64,000 bases of DNA from an uncultured Chloroflexia bacterium (GTDB lineage Bacteria; Chloroflexota; Anaerolineae; Anaerolineales; UBA4823), in NCBI GenBank assembly GCA_963827155.1, contig CAWGZV010000002.1, positions 3,287,237 to 3,351,236 on the forward strand. Reading direction: 5' to 3'. Each line of letters begins with the position of its first letter. The first letter of the stretch is position 1. Made by a program: the position numbers and the translations under genes. The notes below the pieces were generated by a model. The model saw only the letters and a list, made by a program, of their open reading frames with translations. It made no database searches and had not been told where the DNA came from. This document shows positions 38,398 to 46,943 of this stretch, in pieces.

Positions 38398-39826
38398 ATG
38401 GCGAAGATTTACACGCAATTTGTCTGCCAGCAGTGCGGCCGCACCAGCGCACGAGAGATGGGGCGCTGCCCGCGCTGCGGCGCTTGGAACAGCATGGTCG
38501 AAGAAATGGTCGCCGAGCCCACACCTGCCGCGTCTCGCCATCCACCCGGGCTTGGGTCGCGTTGAACTCCGCGCCGCCTGGTAGATATCGGCGGCGATGT
38601 GGATGAGCGCCTGCCGCTGTCCATCGGAGAGTTTGCACGAGTGCTTGGCGGCGGGGTAGTGCCGGGGTCGGTGGTCTTAATCGGCGGGGATCCCGGGATC
38701 GGGAAATCCACTCTGCTTCTCCAGGTGGCCCTGGAGATGGCGCAATCATTTAACGGTCCTCTATGTTTCCGGTGAAGAGTCCGAGCGCCAGATCAAAATG
38801 CGCGCCGCTCGACTGCTCCGTTTCGCACAGAACGGTTCTTCCAACGAAAATGGTTCCGGTCCAATTCCGGAAGGTCTATTCCTGGTGACCGAAACCAGTC
38901 TGTCTGTGATCCTCGATCACATTGCCGAGGTAAAGCCGCAGGTCTTGATCCTTGATTCGGTTCAAACCACCTACATGTCCGAGCTCGATTCCTCTGCGGG
39001 CTCGGTAAGCCAGGTCCGCGAAACTGCCTCTCGCCTGCGCGAGCTTGCCAAGACCAGCGGGCTGGCAGTCTTTTTGATTGGTCATGTCACCAAAGAAGGC
39101 GCCATCGCTGGCCCGCGGGTTCTTGAACATATCGTCGATACCGTGCTCTACCTTGAAGGTGACCGCTTTCAATCTTATCGCCTGCTCCGTTCGGTTAAGA
39201 ACCGGTTTGGGGCGACATCGGAAGTGGGGGTGTTCGAGATGCACGAGCGCGGCATGGTAGAGGTCGTGAATCCATCTGAGGCTTTCCTGGCAGAGCGGAT
39301 GGTCAACGCTCCGGGGTCTGCGATTGTCGTCACCATGGAAGGCACTCGCCCGCTTCTGGTCGAGATACAGGGGCTGACCAGCCCGACCGCTTTTGGAAAC
39401 CCTCGCCGCACCCCCAATGGAGTCGATTTCAATCGACTTCTGCTCACGATCGCCGTACTGACCCGCCGGCTTGGACTTCACCTTGGAGAGCAGGACGTCT
39501 TCGTCAATGTGGTTGGCGGCATCGCGGTCAGCGAGCCCGCCGCCGATCTGGCTGTGGCTGCTGCGATTGCTTCATCGCTGCGCGGTCTGCCGATCCGGGC
39601 TGACACCGCTTTAATTGGGGAGATTGGGCTCTCAGGCGAGCTGCGCATGGTCGCTCAAATGCCGGCTCGCCTACGCGAGGCTGCCAAGCTTGGCTTCAAG
39701 ACAGCCGTCGTCCCGCGCCGCCTTCGACCGTTGGAACCCTGGTCTGAGGAAATCCAGGTGATCGAAGCGCGCTCGCTGCGCCAGGCGCTTGAAGCCGTCC
39801 TCCTGGAGCAGAACCAGGAGCGATAA
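38398..39826 (+). pseudogene. radA: DNA repair protein RadA, disrupted as sequenced (in-frame TGA plus one frameshift)
   Basis: Zn-ribbon MAKIYTQFVCQQCGRTSAREMGRCPRCGAWNS. In-frame TGA at 38563-38565. The same frame continues with [50 protein letters not shown] frameshift at the T run 38749-38751 leads into [17 protein letters not shown] (ORF 38798..39826), which carries KNRFG and a Lon-like C-terminal domain. Confidence 0.85.
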
Positions 39827-39851
39827 TCCGCCATATCCACCAGCAACCTCA

Positions 39852-40802
39852 ATGTCTCAAATTCCCTCCTTCTGGATCAAGCATATACCGGTTCATGGAG
39901 ACCTGGTCCTGGCACCTATGGACGGCTTCTCCGACCAACCTTTTCGATCGCTCTGCCGTGAGCTGGGTTCAGCGCTGAGTTATACCGAGTTTATTAACGC
40001 CCTGGATGTGCTCAATGGTCACCCGCGCCTGCCGCGTAAGCTTGCGTTCCTCCCATCCGAACGACCCGTCGTTTACCAACTCTTCGACAGTGATCCAGAA
40101 CGCTTGCTGCAGGCTGCTTTGCTCCTTCGGCAGCGCAACCCGGATATAATCGATATCAATATGGGGTGCTCAGTCCGCAGCGTGTCTGGGCGGGGTGCCG
40201 GCGCTGGTTTGCTGCGTGACCCGAATAAGATCTCTAAAGTAATCTCGACTTTTACCCGGCGCCTGGATATTCCGGTGACTGCCAAAATCCGCCTGGGTTG
40301 GGATGATGACCAGCTCAATTACCAGGTTGTGGGGCGGGCGATCGAGGAGAGCGGCGGTGCGCTGGTTGCGGTCCACGGCCGCACTCGCTCACAGGGTTAT
40401 TCTACCCGCGCCAATTGGGAAGCCATCGCCGAGCTCAAGCAGAACCTCTCCATCCCGGTTATCGCCAACGGCGACGTAGTCACCGTCGCCGATATTCAGC
40501 GCATCCGGGCTTACACCGCCTGTGATGCTGTCATGATCGGCCGGGCTGCGGTAGGTAATCCATGGATCTTCTCCCGCCTTGATCGTCATGACGTCCCGGA
40601 GGAGGTTGTCCAAACTACCATGCTCCGCCACCTAGATCAAATGGTCTCGTTTTACGGCGAATCCCTCGGCCTGCAGCTCTTCCGGAAGCACGCCAGCCGC
40701 TACCTGGACTTGCACAGCCTCTCACCCGAGCAGCGTCGTGAGATCCTCACTGTTACGCATCCTGCAGATTTCCGGCTTGCCCTCGATTTTCTTCATCTCT
40801 AA
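39852..40802 (+). CDS. tRNA-dihydrouridine synthase
   Basis: LAPMDGFSDQPFR, INMGCSV and KIRLGW motifs. ATG 39852 lies just after the radA stop. Confidence 0.85.
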   Translation: MSQIPSFWIKHIPVHGDLVLAPMDGFSDQPFRSLCRELGSALSYTEFINALDVLNGHPRLPRKLAFLPSERPVVYQLFDSDPERLLQAALLLRQRNPDIIDINMGCSVRSVSGRGAGAGLLRDPNKISKVISTFTRRLDIPVTAKIRLGWDDDQLNYQVVGRAIEESGGALVAVHGRTRSQGYSTRANWEAIAELKQNLSIPVIANGDVVTVADIQRIRAYTACDAVMIGRAAVGNPWIFSRLDRHDVPEEVVQTTMLRHLDQMVSFYGESLGLQLFRKHASRYLDLHSLSPEQRREILTVTHPADFRLALDFLHL

Positions 40803-40907
40803 CTCATCAAACTCTCTTGAAAATCTACGTGAATCTACATTGACCAGGGTTAGAATCCTGGTAAATTGGGTTACGTTTCTAATAATTTTAATAGAGGTTG
40901 TGAGTTT

Positions 40908-42214
40908 ATGCTCAGAAAACGCATCCAGCTCGGGTTGATCCATGTCGCGGTCGCGATGACCCTTGTTCCGATCAACAGCACCCTTAACCGCATCATGATC
41001 AATGAGCTTGCGATTTCGGCTGCACTGGTGGCAGTTCTTGCTTCTCTGCCCTACCTCTTCTCTCCAATCCAGGTTGCGATTGGCGCGTTTCAGATCGACA
41101 TCCCTGGTTTGGTTACCGCCGCACCCCTTATATTGTGATTGGGCTTGGGCTTTGTGTGGCGGGACTGATATCGTCACCGCAGGTTGCTTTCCAGCTTGCC
41201 GAAAATCCACCGCTGGGGATCCTTTTTGGGTTGATTGCCTTTGGCGCCTGGGGGATGGGTTTCAACCTTGCCACGGTATCCTACCTTTCCCTGGCGTCGG
41301 AGATTTCGGGTGAGCGCGGGCGCAGCCGAACGATCGCCGTCATGTTCTTCATGATGATTGCCAGCATCATCATAACCGCCATCAGCTTGAGCCAGATGGT
41401 CGATCCATACACACCTCAGGCGATTGTGTTCTCATTTTGGGTAATCGGTCTTGCCGCCCTGGTAATCGGCTTAGTGGGGGTGATTGGATTAGAAAAACCC
41501 TTCGCCGAGCCAGTCCAGCACGGTGAAAATTATCCATGGGCTGTCTTGCTGCGCTTTATCCTGGGCAACCGCCAGGCAAAACATTTCTTTATTTACCTGG
41601 TAATTCTTTTGGTTGCATTGCTGGGTCAGGATATCCTGCTTGAACCCTTCGGCGCCCAGGCTTTTGGTTTGACCGTCCAGCAAACCACCCGCATCACCTC
41701 TATCTGGGGCACCTGCGTCCTTGCGGCTCTGCTCGCTGCTGGAGCAATGGAGGGACGCATTTCCAAACGAAAAATTGCAACGATCGGCGGTTGGGGGGCA
41801 TTTGCCGGTTTTGGGCTCATTACCGCAAGCGGATATCTGCAGAATGGGTCGGTTTTCTACACTGGTGTGGTCTTGTTGGGGCTTGGAACAGGCCTGTCGA
41901 CCGTTTCGAACCTCTCTTTGATGCTCGATATGACCACAGCCGAGCATGTCGGGCTTTTTATCGGCGCCTGGGGTATGGCGAACGCATTTTCGCGCCTGAT
42001 CGGTTCACTGATGGCTGGTGCAGTCCGAGATGTGATCACTCGCCTCAGCGGGGACCTGCTGCTTGGTTATGTCATAGTATTTGCGTTGATGGCAATCATT
42101 ATGCTTCTTTCGCTTTTCATGCTGCGCAAGGTGGATGTCCAGGCCTTCCGTAATGAAGCAGGTGAGACAGCATCTTTGGTTGAGAGAGCCGCTTTGGCTG
42201 GTGAGCCTGGGTAA
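40908..42214 (+). pseudogene. BCD/PucC-family MFS transporter, reading frame interrupted as sequenced (fragments to 41138 and 41135..42214)
   Basis: PucC-like N-terminus LGLIHVAVAMTLVPINSTLNRIMINELAISAALVA...SPIQVAIGAF, then the expected SDRHPWFGYRRTPYIVIG in the -1 frame. One T appears to be missing from the run at 41088-41090. Confidence 0.75.
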
Positions 42215-42297
42215 TGGACTGGGCGCGTTTCAGGTAAACACGAACAAAGCCGGTTATTACCCTTTTTTTATGAACGAATAGATCTATGGGCGCGAGT

Positions 42298-42922
42298 ATG
42301 CAGAATGAATGGTTAAGTCTGGGTGATGTCGCGCAGCTTCTGGGTATTCATCCGAGCACAGTTCGAAGCTGGTCCGACAGCGGGCTGCTCCCTGTTCACC
42401 GCACGCACGGCGGTCACCGCCGCTACCTGCGCAGCGAGATCGAATTGTGGATCCAGTCTCAGCGCCAGGGCGGAGTTGATGATGCCAACTTAATCGTCCA
42501 GAACGCTTTGCGGGCTACGCGCTTCCAAATCAGCCTTGGGCGCCTGGAGCAGCAAGCCTGGTATCAAAAATTGGATGACGAGGCTCGTGACCAGTACCGA
42601 ATCAGCGGCCGCGCCTTGCTCCATGGGCTTATTAACTATCTAAATTATCAGGGCGCCAAAGCCGAGGCGGAGGCTGAAGCGCTGGGGTATGAATACGCCT
42701 CCCGCGGACGGCGCTACAACCTTGGCAGCGTCGATGCCACTCACGCCTTCCTTTTTTTTCGCAACACCCTGCTCGATGCCATGCTGAGTGTATATGAAAT
42801 CAGCCGCGGTGCGATCTCCACACGCCTGGAGCAGCATGTTCCGCAAGATCAACGATTTCACCGATACGATTCTGATCACTCTGCTCGAAACTTATGAAGC
42901 TTATGACCGGGCAAATCGATGA
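42298..42922 (+). pseudogene. Excisionase/MerR-type HTH protein with an RsbRD-N-like helical domain, C-terminal frame interrupted as sequenced
   Basis: HTH WLSLGDVAQLLGIHPSTVRSWSDSGLLPVHRTHGGHRRY. The plausible C-terminus AWSSMFRKINDFTDTILITLLETYEAYDRANR is in the +1 frame, which is open from 42788 and ends with TGA at 42920-42922. Confidence 0.6.
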
Positions 42923-43062
42923 GACCTAAGAGCAAGCGATTCTCACCGGATACCTGGGCTGCTCGCCTGGCGCCTCTGCTCCTGACAGCGCTTTTCCTGG
43001 TCCTTTTGCTTACCCTGGTCATTGTCGGGCTTTCCGAGCTGGGGCTCACCCCGGGATTTTGA
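42919..43062 (+). CDS. Small (47 aa) single-TM protein, translationally coupled (ATGA) to the upstream HTH gene
   Basis: My translation: MRPKSKRFSPDTWAARLAPLLLTALFLVLLLTLVIVGLSELGLTPGF. It is below the ORF-track length cutoff. Confidence 0.4.
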   Translation: MRPKSKRFSPDTWAARLAPLLLTALFLVLLLTLVIVGLSELGLTPGF

Positions 43063-43121
43063 AGTCTGCTTCGCAGAGGACAATTCTGATGGTTTCACAT
43101 TAATCTGTTGGAGTGCTTATT

Positions 43122-43833
43122 ATGAACATTATTCCGGTCATCTCGACATTAATCACGTTTGGCTTCGCAGTTTCGGTCTTAAACCGATGGCGATATAAAA
43201 AACCTAATCACCTGCTTTTCTGGGGTGCAGGCTTGATTTGGTACGGGCTTGGGACCTCTCTCCGAGGTCCTCCTATCCTTCACATTTAGTCCTTTTATCC
43301 TGAAGCTCTGGTATCTCAGCGGCGCGATGCTGACCGCCGCCTGGCTTGGGCAGGGTACTGTGTACCTGCTGGTTCGCCGGAGGATGATTGCTAACAGCCT
43401 GATGGTCCTGCTTCTTCTGGCCACAATTGCTTCGGTCATCTTACTGGCGTCCGCTTCTGTCATCCCCGGAGCCGTTTACCATATAAATCACCCGGCTTCC
43501 GAACAATATAAAGAAATCATTGTCCGCAGCGGACCGATTCTTTTCCTGACCATCTTGTTGAACATTTACGGCACGCTGGCTTTGGTCGGTGGGGCGCTTT
43601 ACTCCGCGTTTCTTTTCTGGCGAAAGAAAATCCTGATCAACCGGATGCTCGGGAATATCCTGATCGCGGCTGGCGCGTTAATGCCCGCTATGGCAGGCTC
43701 GTTATTGAAAGCCGGACTTGTGGATATTTTGTATTTAAGTGAATTGGTTGGCGTAGTTTTGATGTATTCCGGTTTTCTGTTAGCTGTCTCCACTCGCCCG
43801 GCTGTGCAAACCACCTCGGTAGCTGCTGATTGA
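43122..43833 (+). pseudogene. Polytopic membrane protein of unknown function, reading frame interrupted as sequenced (43122..43289 and 43249..43833)
   Basis: ATG 43122 gives MNIIPVISTLITFGFAVSVLNRW...GLIWYGLGT, which continues naturally in the +1 frame as LSEVLLSFTFSPFILKLWYLSG... About seven hydrophobic helices in total. Confidence 0.55.
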
Positions 43834-43966
43834 GTGGAACCCCCGCATCAGATCGTATGAGTGGATCAAATTGACGGAGAGGGAGACAGTCCCCTCTCCT
43901 TTTCACTCTGTCGGGGTAGAATGAATGCCGGATTCCACACACTACCCGCATCTATCAGGAGCAAAG

Positions 43967-44509
43967 ATGATCGAAAAATCAGCCAGCAGCCAGAACATGC
44001 CAGAATTCGCCCCCCTCTCCCGAATTCGCCGCAACCATGGGCTCGAGCATGCCACTTTACACATCCTCGCCGAACGTCATCCCGGCAAGCCAATGGCGGG
44101 TCATTCAGACGCCTCCGGTTTCTGGATTATTTCCGAGCTTTCTGAAGACCAGGTCGCAAGCGCTGTCCAGGAAGCTCTTAGCCGTCTGCGTGCCGGCGAA
44201 GCAAAGCTGGCTGTTCACCCAAACTGCGGTACTAACATTGCCACTGCTGGCGTTTTGGCTGGCCTGGCAGCCGGACTGGCGATGTACGGCGCCGGGCGGA
44301 AGCTGCGTAACAACCTTGAGCGCCTCCCAACTGCAATTGCCCTTGCTACACTGGCATTGATCGCCGCCCAACCGCTTGGCTTGCTGCTCCAGGAACGCTT
44401 CACCACCTCAGGCGTGCCCGGAGATCTGCACGTGTTGGCATTGGAGTCGCGCCGCATAAGCCGCACTTCGGGTACTTTGATCGCTCACAGGATAAAAACT
44501 CAGGGGTGA
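43967..44509 (+). CDS. Conserved hypothetical membrane-associated protein
   Basis: SRIRRNHGLEHATLHIL...KLAVHPNCGTNIATAGVLAGLAAGL. ATG 43967 has AGGAG 5 nt upstream; the track start is 43925. Confidence 0.6.
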   Translation: MIEKSASSQNMPEFAPLSRIRRNHGLEHATLHILAERHPGKPMAGHSDASGFWIISELSEDQVASAVQEALSRLRAGEAKLAVHPNCGTNIATAGVLAGLAAGLAMYGAGRKLRNNLERLPTAIALATLALIAAQPLGLLLQERFTTSGVPGDLHVLALESRRISRTSGTLIAHRIKTQG

Positions 44510-44511
44510 TA

Positions 44512-45657
44512 ATGCCCGAATCATCTCGGTCAATATTCCTGCTGCACGGTGAAGATGAATATGGAATTGCCTTGAGGCTGGCGGAATTCGAATCAAGCCT
44601 CGGCGACCCAGCGAATGCAGCTTTGAATATCACCCGCCTGAACGGAGATTCGTTCCAACCGGACCAGCTCCTATCCGTTGCGGCAGCGATGCCCTTTCTA
44701 GCCAGCCGCCGTCTGGTGATCGTCACGGGGGTGCTATCCCGCCTGACCAGGGTACCCACCCAAGAGGCAGTAATTGAAGCACCGGTTGAAGGAAAACCGG
44801 TAGAAGTGCAGGTGTCAGGTGATGCGTCTAACCGAGATAAGACTGCAGATGTGAAGAAGGTCGCCAGAGAACAGATTGATAAAGAGAAATTAACTGCAGC
44901 CCAGAGGAAATTCGTAGATCTGATAAGTAAAATTCCGTCAACCACAACGCTGCTCTTAATTGAAATTTTGCCGCCCCATCTAACCAAGACTGAACAAAAA
45001 AAGTTTGATCTTGGTTGGTTTAAGAAGGAAACTGAAAAACGATCTATCGCGATCAAAATCGAATCGTTTGATCTCCCTAAAGGCGTGGATTGGACGCGCC
45101 GCCTCCAAGCAATGGCCCGCAGCTCGGGCGGACAGATCTCGCCGGCTGCCGCCCAATTGCTTTATAGTTTGCTGAATGGGGATGTCCGGCTCGCCGACCA
45201 GGAAATCCAGAAACTCCTGGCGTACGTCAATTATCAACGCCAGATAGAAGTTGAGGATATCCAGGCAGTTACCGAGGATGTCGGGCAGGGGAGCATCTTT
45301 GCACTGGTTGAAGCGCTGGGCGACCGCAATGGACGCCAGGCTTTGAGTATGCTCCGACGGCTGATGGAAAATCAGGATGACCAGGCAATATTTGGGATGA
45401 TTGTTCGCCAGTTTCGCTTGTTGATCCTTACTCGGGCGATGTTAGATATGGGACGTAGCAGAGCAGAAATCACGAAGCATCTAAAAGTTGCAGATTTTGT
45501 CGTTGATCGACTGTTCGAACAGCTTCGCCGTTTTTCAACTGCCGACCTGGATCGGATTTACCACCGCTTGTTAGAGATCGACGAGCAGGTGAAGAAGAGC
45601 CAGATTAGCAGAGACCTCGCTATGCAAACTTTCGTAACGGCTCTGGCTTTGCGCTGA
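44512..45657 (+). CDS. holA: DNA polymerase III delta subunit
   Basis: IFLLHGEDEYG...AAMPFLASRRLVIV N-terminal domain and a C-terminal HolA-like helical domain (VEALGDRNGRQALSMLRRL). A charged insertion of ~45 aa follows the first domain. Confidence 0.8.
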   Translation: MPESSRSIFLLHGEDEYGIALRLAEFESSLGDPANAALNITRLNGDSFQPDQLLSVAAAMPFLASRRLVIVTGVLSRLTRVPTQEAVIEAPVEGKPVEVQVSGDASNRDKTADVKKVAREQIDKEKLTAAQRKFVDLISKIPSTTTLLLIEILPPHLTKTEQKKFDLGWFKKETEKRSIAIKIESFDLPKGVDWTRRLQAMARSSGGQISPAAAQLLYSLLNGDVRLADQEIQKLLAYVNYQRQIEVEDIQAVTEDVGQGSIFALVEALGDRNGRQALSMLRRLMENQDDQAIFGMIVRQFRLLILTRAMLDMGRSRAEITKHLKVADFVVDRLFEQLRRFSTADLDRIYHRLLEIDEQVKKSQISRDLAMQTFVTALALR

Positions 45658-45994
45658 TCAATGGGTTTATCCCCACATCACCGCTTTCTTCGCGAAAGAT
45701 AATTCTGCCTTGTGACACCCCATTGATCCCAATCCAAAAATGGTTTGGAAGTACGGATTGGTTTAATCGAATCTCGATCCCGCAAGCCGCGAAATTCTTT
45801 TCCGCATCCGACCCATCCTCACCATTTTCTGGTGAGCTCTTGTGGAAACTTCCGTTTTTCAACATGCTCGGATGGACGAAACACAGCGTCGGGCTCTTGC
45901 CGTATTTAACCTGATAATAACGTGCGGCTCTTTCAATCTTGAGATCCAGGCTGGATTTTGGATCGTTATCAAACCAAAGCATCCCGATATTCAT
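45620..45994 (-). CDS. Hypothetical protein
   Basis: MNIGMLWFDNDPKSSLDLKIERAARYYQVKYGKSPTLCFVHPSML... It is preceded by a consensus promoter and GGATGGAGG. Its 3' end overlaps the holA 3' end by 38 nt. Confidence 0.55.
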   Translation of the reverse strand: MNIGMLWFDNDPKSSLDLKIERAARYYQVKYGKSPTLCFVHPSMLKNGSFHKSSPENGEDGSDAEKNFAACGIEIRLNQSVLPNHFWIGINGVSQGRIIFREESGDVGINPLISAKPEPLRKFA

Positions 45995-46042
45995 GGCAAG
46001 CCTCCATCCATCCAACTAACCATAATAAGAACTAATGTTCTA

Positions 46043-46070
46043 ATTATAGCCCAAATTAAAAGGGTGTCAA
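46043..46070 (-). promoter_or_regulatory. Consensus sigma-70 promoter
   Basis: On the minus strand: TTGACA (46070-46065), a 16-nt spacer, then TATAAT (46048-46043). It lies about 50 nt upstream of ATG 45994. Confidence 0.55.
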
Positions 46071-46089
46071 GCCTTTTTGAGGGATTTTC

Positions 46090-46437
46090 TGACCAGAGAA
46101 AGGTCTCAGCCGCATGATCATAATCTATGCACCTTAGTTCTGCCTCCCAACAGCCATCCTCGAAGGTAAGAAAGGCATATTGTGCTTCAACTTCCCCGTT
46201 CAGCGGACACGCTACCGAGCCAGGACACAGTACCAGCTTGCCCTTCCTGTGCCGGATCTAAGGTGTATGTGTGTGTCCGCAGATCAGCACAGGCTTGTTT
46301 ACCCGCTCCAAGTCCTGGTCAAGGATGGCAAGGTCTTTGTCTGGTTGGATACCATCGTATGGATCTCGCGGAGAGCCGTGCACCAATCGGATTGGGGCTA
46401 TAACTATCCGCCAAAACTGCAATTTGCAGGTTGAGTC
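46090..46437 (-). pseudogene. Remnant of a calcineurin-like metallophosphoesterase (C-terminal half only, with an in-frame TAG)
   Basis: My minus-strand translation: ...IAPIRLVHGSPRDPYDGIQPDKDLAILDQDLERVNKPVLICGHTHTP[TAG at 46260-46258]IRHRKGKLVLCPGSVACPLNGEVEAQYAFLTFEDGCWEAELRCIDYD. The N-terminal DxH/GDxxxxG motifs were not found. There is no start codon and no proper stop. Confidence 0.5.
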
Positions 46438-46586
46438 TCACCATCATTTCTCTATGGAGATCATTCTCTCGGTAAGCTTCTCCAATATTTCCTTCGCCTA
46501 CCATTGGGGAATCGGTCGATGTAACCTTTCATTGCATTTGTCATCTAAAATCTGGATAATATTACTAACCTGTTGAGGAGCCGTTT

Positions 46587-46796
46587 ATGCCGCTTTTTGA
46601 GTTCTCCTGCAATCAATGTCATCAACCATTTGAAGAACTGGTGCGAAGCTCGTCTGGCTGGGAAGGGCTAGCATGCCCGTCATGCGGCAGCACAGAGATC
46701 GTCAAGAAAGTCTCAACGTTCGCCTCAAAAATTACCTCATCGGGTGGCTCAATCCGCCTGAGCCCCTCTGCTTTGTGCAGTACCGGCAGCACCTGA
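46587..46796 (+). CDS. FmdB/CxxC_CxxC_SSSS-family zinc-ribbon protein
   Basis: MPLFEFSCNQCHQPFE...CPSCGSTEIVKKVS. SD GAGGAG upstream. Confidence 0.75.
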   Translation: MPLFEFSCNQCHQPFEELVRSSSGWEGLACPSCGSTEIVKKVSTFASKITSSGGSIRLSPSALCSTGST

Positions 46797-46844
46797 GGGC
46801 TGTAAATCACATCGGCCGTGCGCCGATCCAAATAACTGGACTGC

Positions 46845-46898
46845 GATCAGCGTATAGTGAACGGGGGCGCACTATACGCTGATCGACGCTTTTATTTC
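46845..46898 (+). terminator. Rho-independent terminator
   Basis: 15-bp perfect stem GATCAGCGTATAGTG / CACTATACGCTGATC (46845-46859 / 46870-46884) followed by GACGCTTTTATTTC. Confidence 0.6.
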
Positions 46899-46943
46899 AA
46901 GTTAATTGACAGATTGAAATGAGACGATTACACTTCGCCTGCG

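Noticed and set aside
33413-38565. The in-frame TGA codons in the MerR-type gene (33413-33415) and in radA (38563-38565) as evidence of TGA reassignment (genetic code 4/25) or selenocysteine
   Set aside because: TGA terminates many full-length conserved genes here at the expected C-termini, for example the response regulator (2193-2195), the kinase (3664-3666), the ChlI-like gene (21413-21415) and nuoE (63282-63284). Neither position lies in a redox CxxU-type context. Both genes also carry frameshifts. Nonsense mutation or sequence error is the simpler explanation.
46587-46860. A possible N-terminal half of the metallophosphoesterase on the minus strand, opposite the zinc-ribbon gene (e.g. 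ORF 46622..46831)
   Set aside because: The resemblance (LPVLHKAEG...PDEVIF) is vague and lacks the DxH/GD/GNH metal motifs. The plus-strand FmdB-type ORF has a canonical CxxC...CPxCG signature, an SD and a terminator, so the plus-strand gene is the real one.
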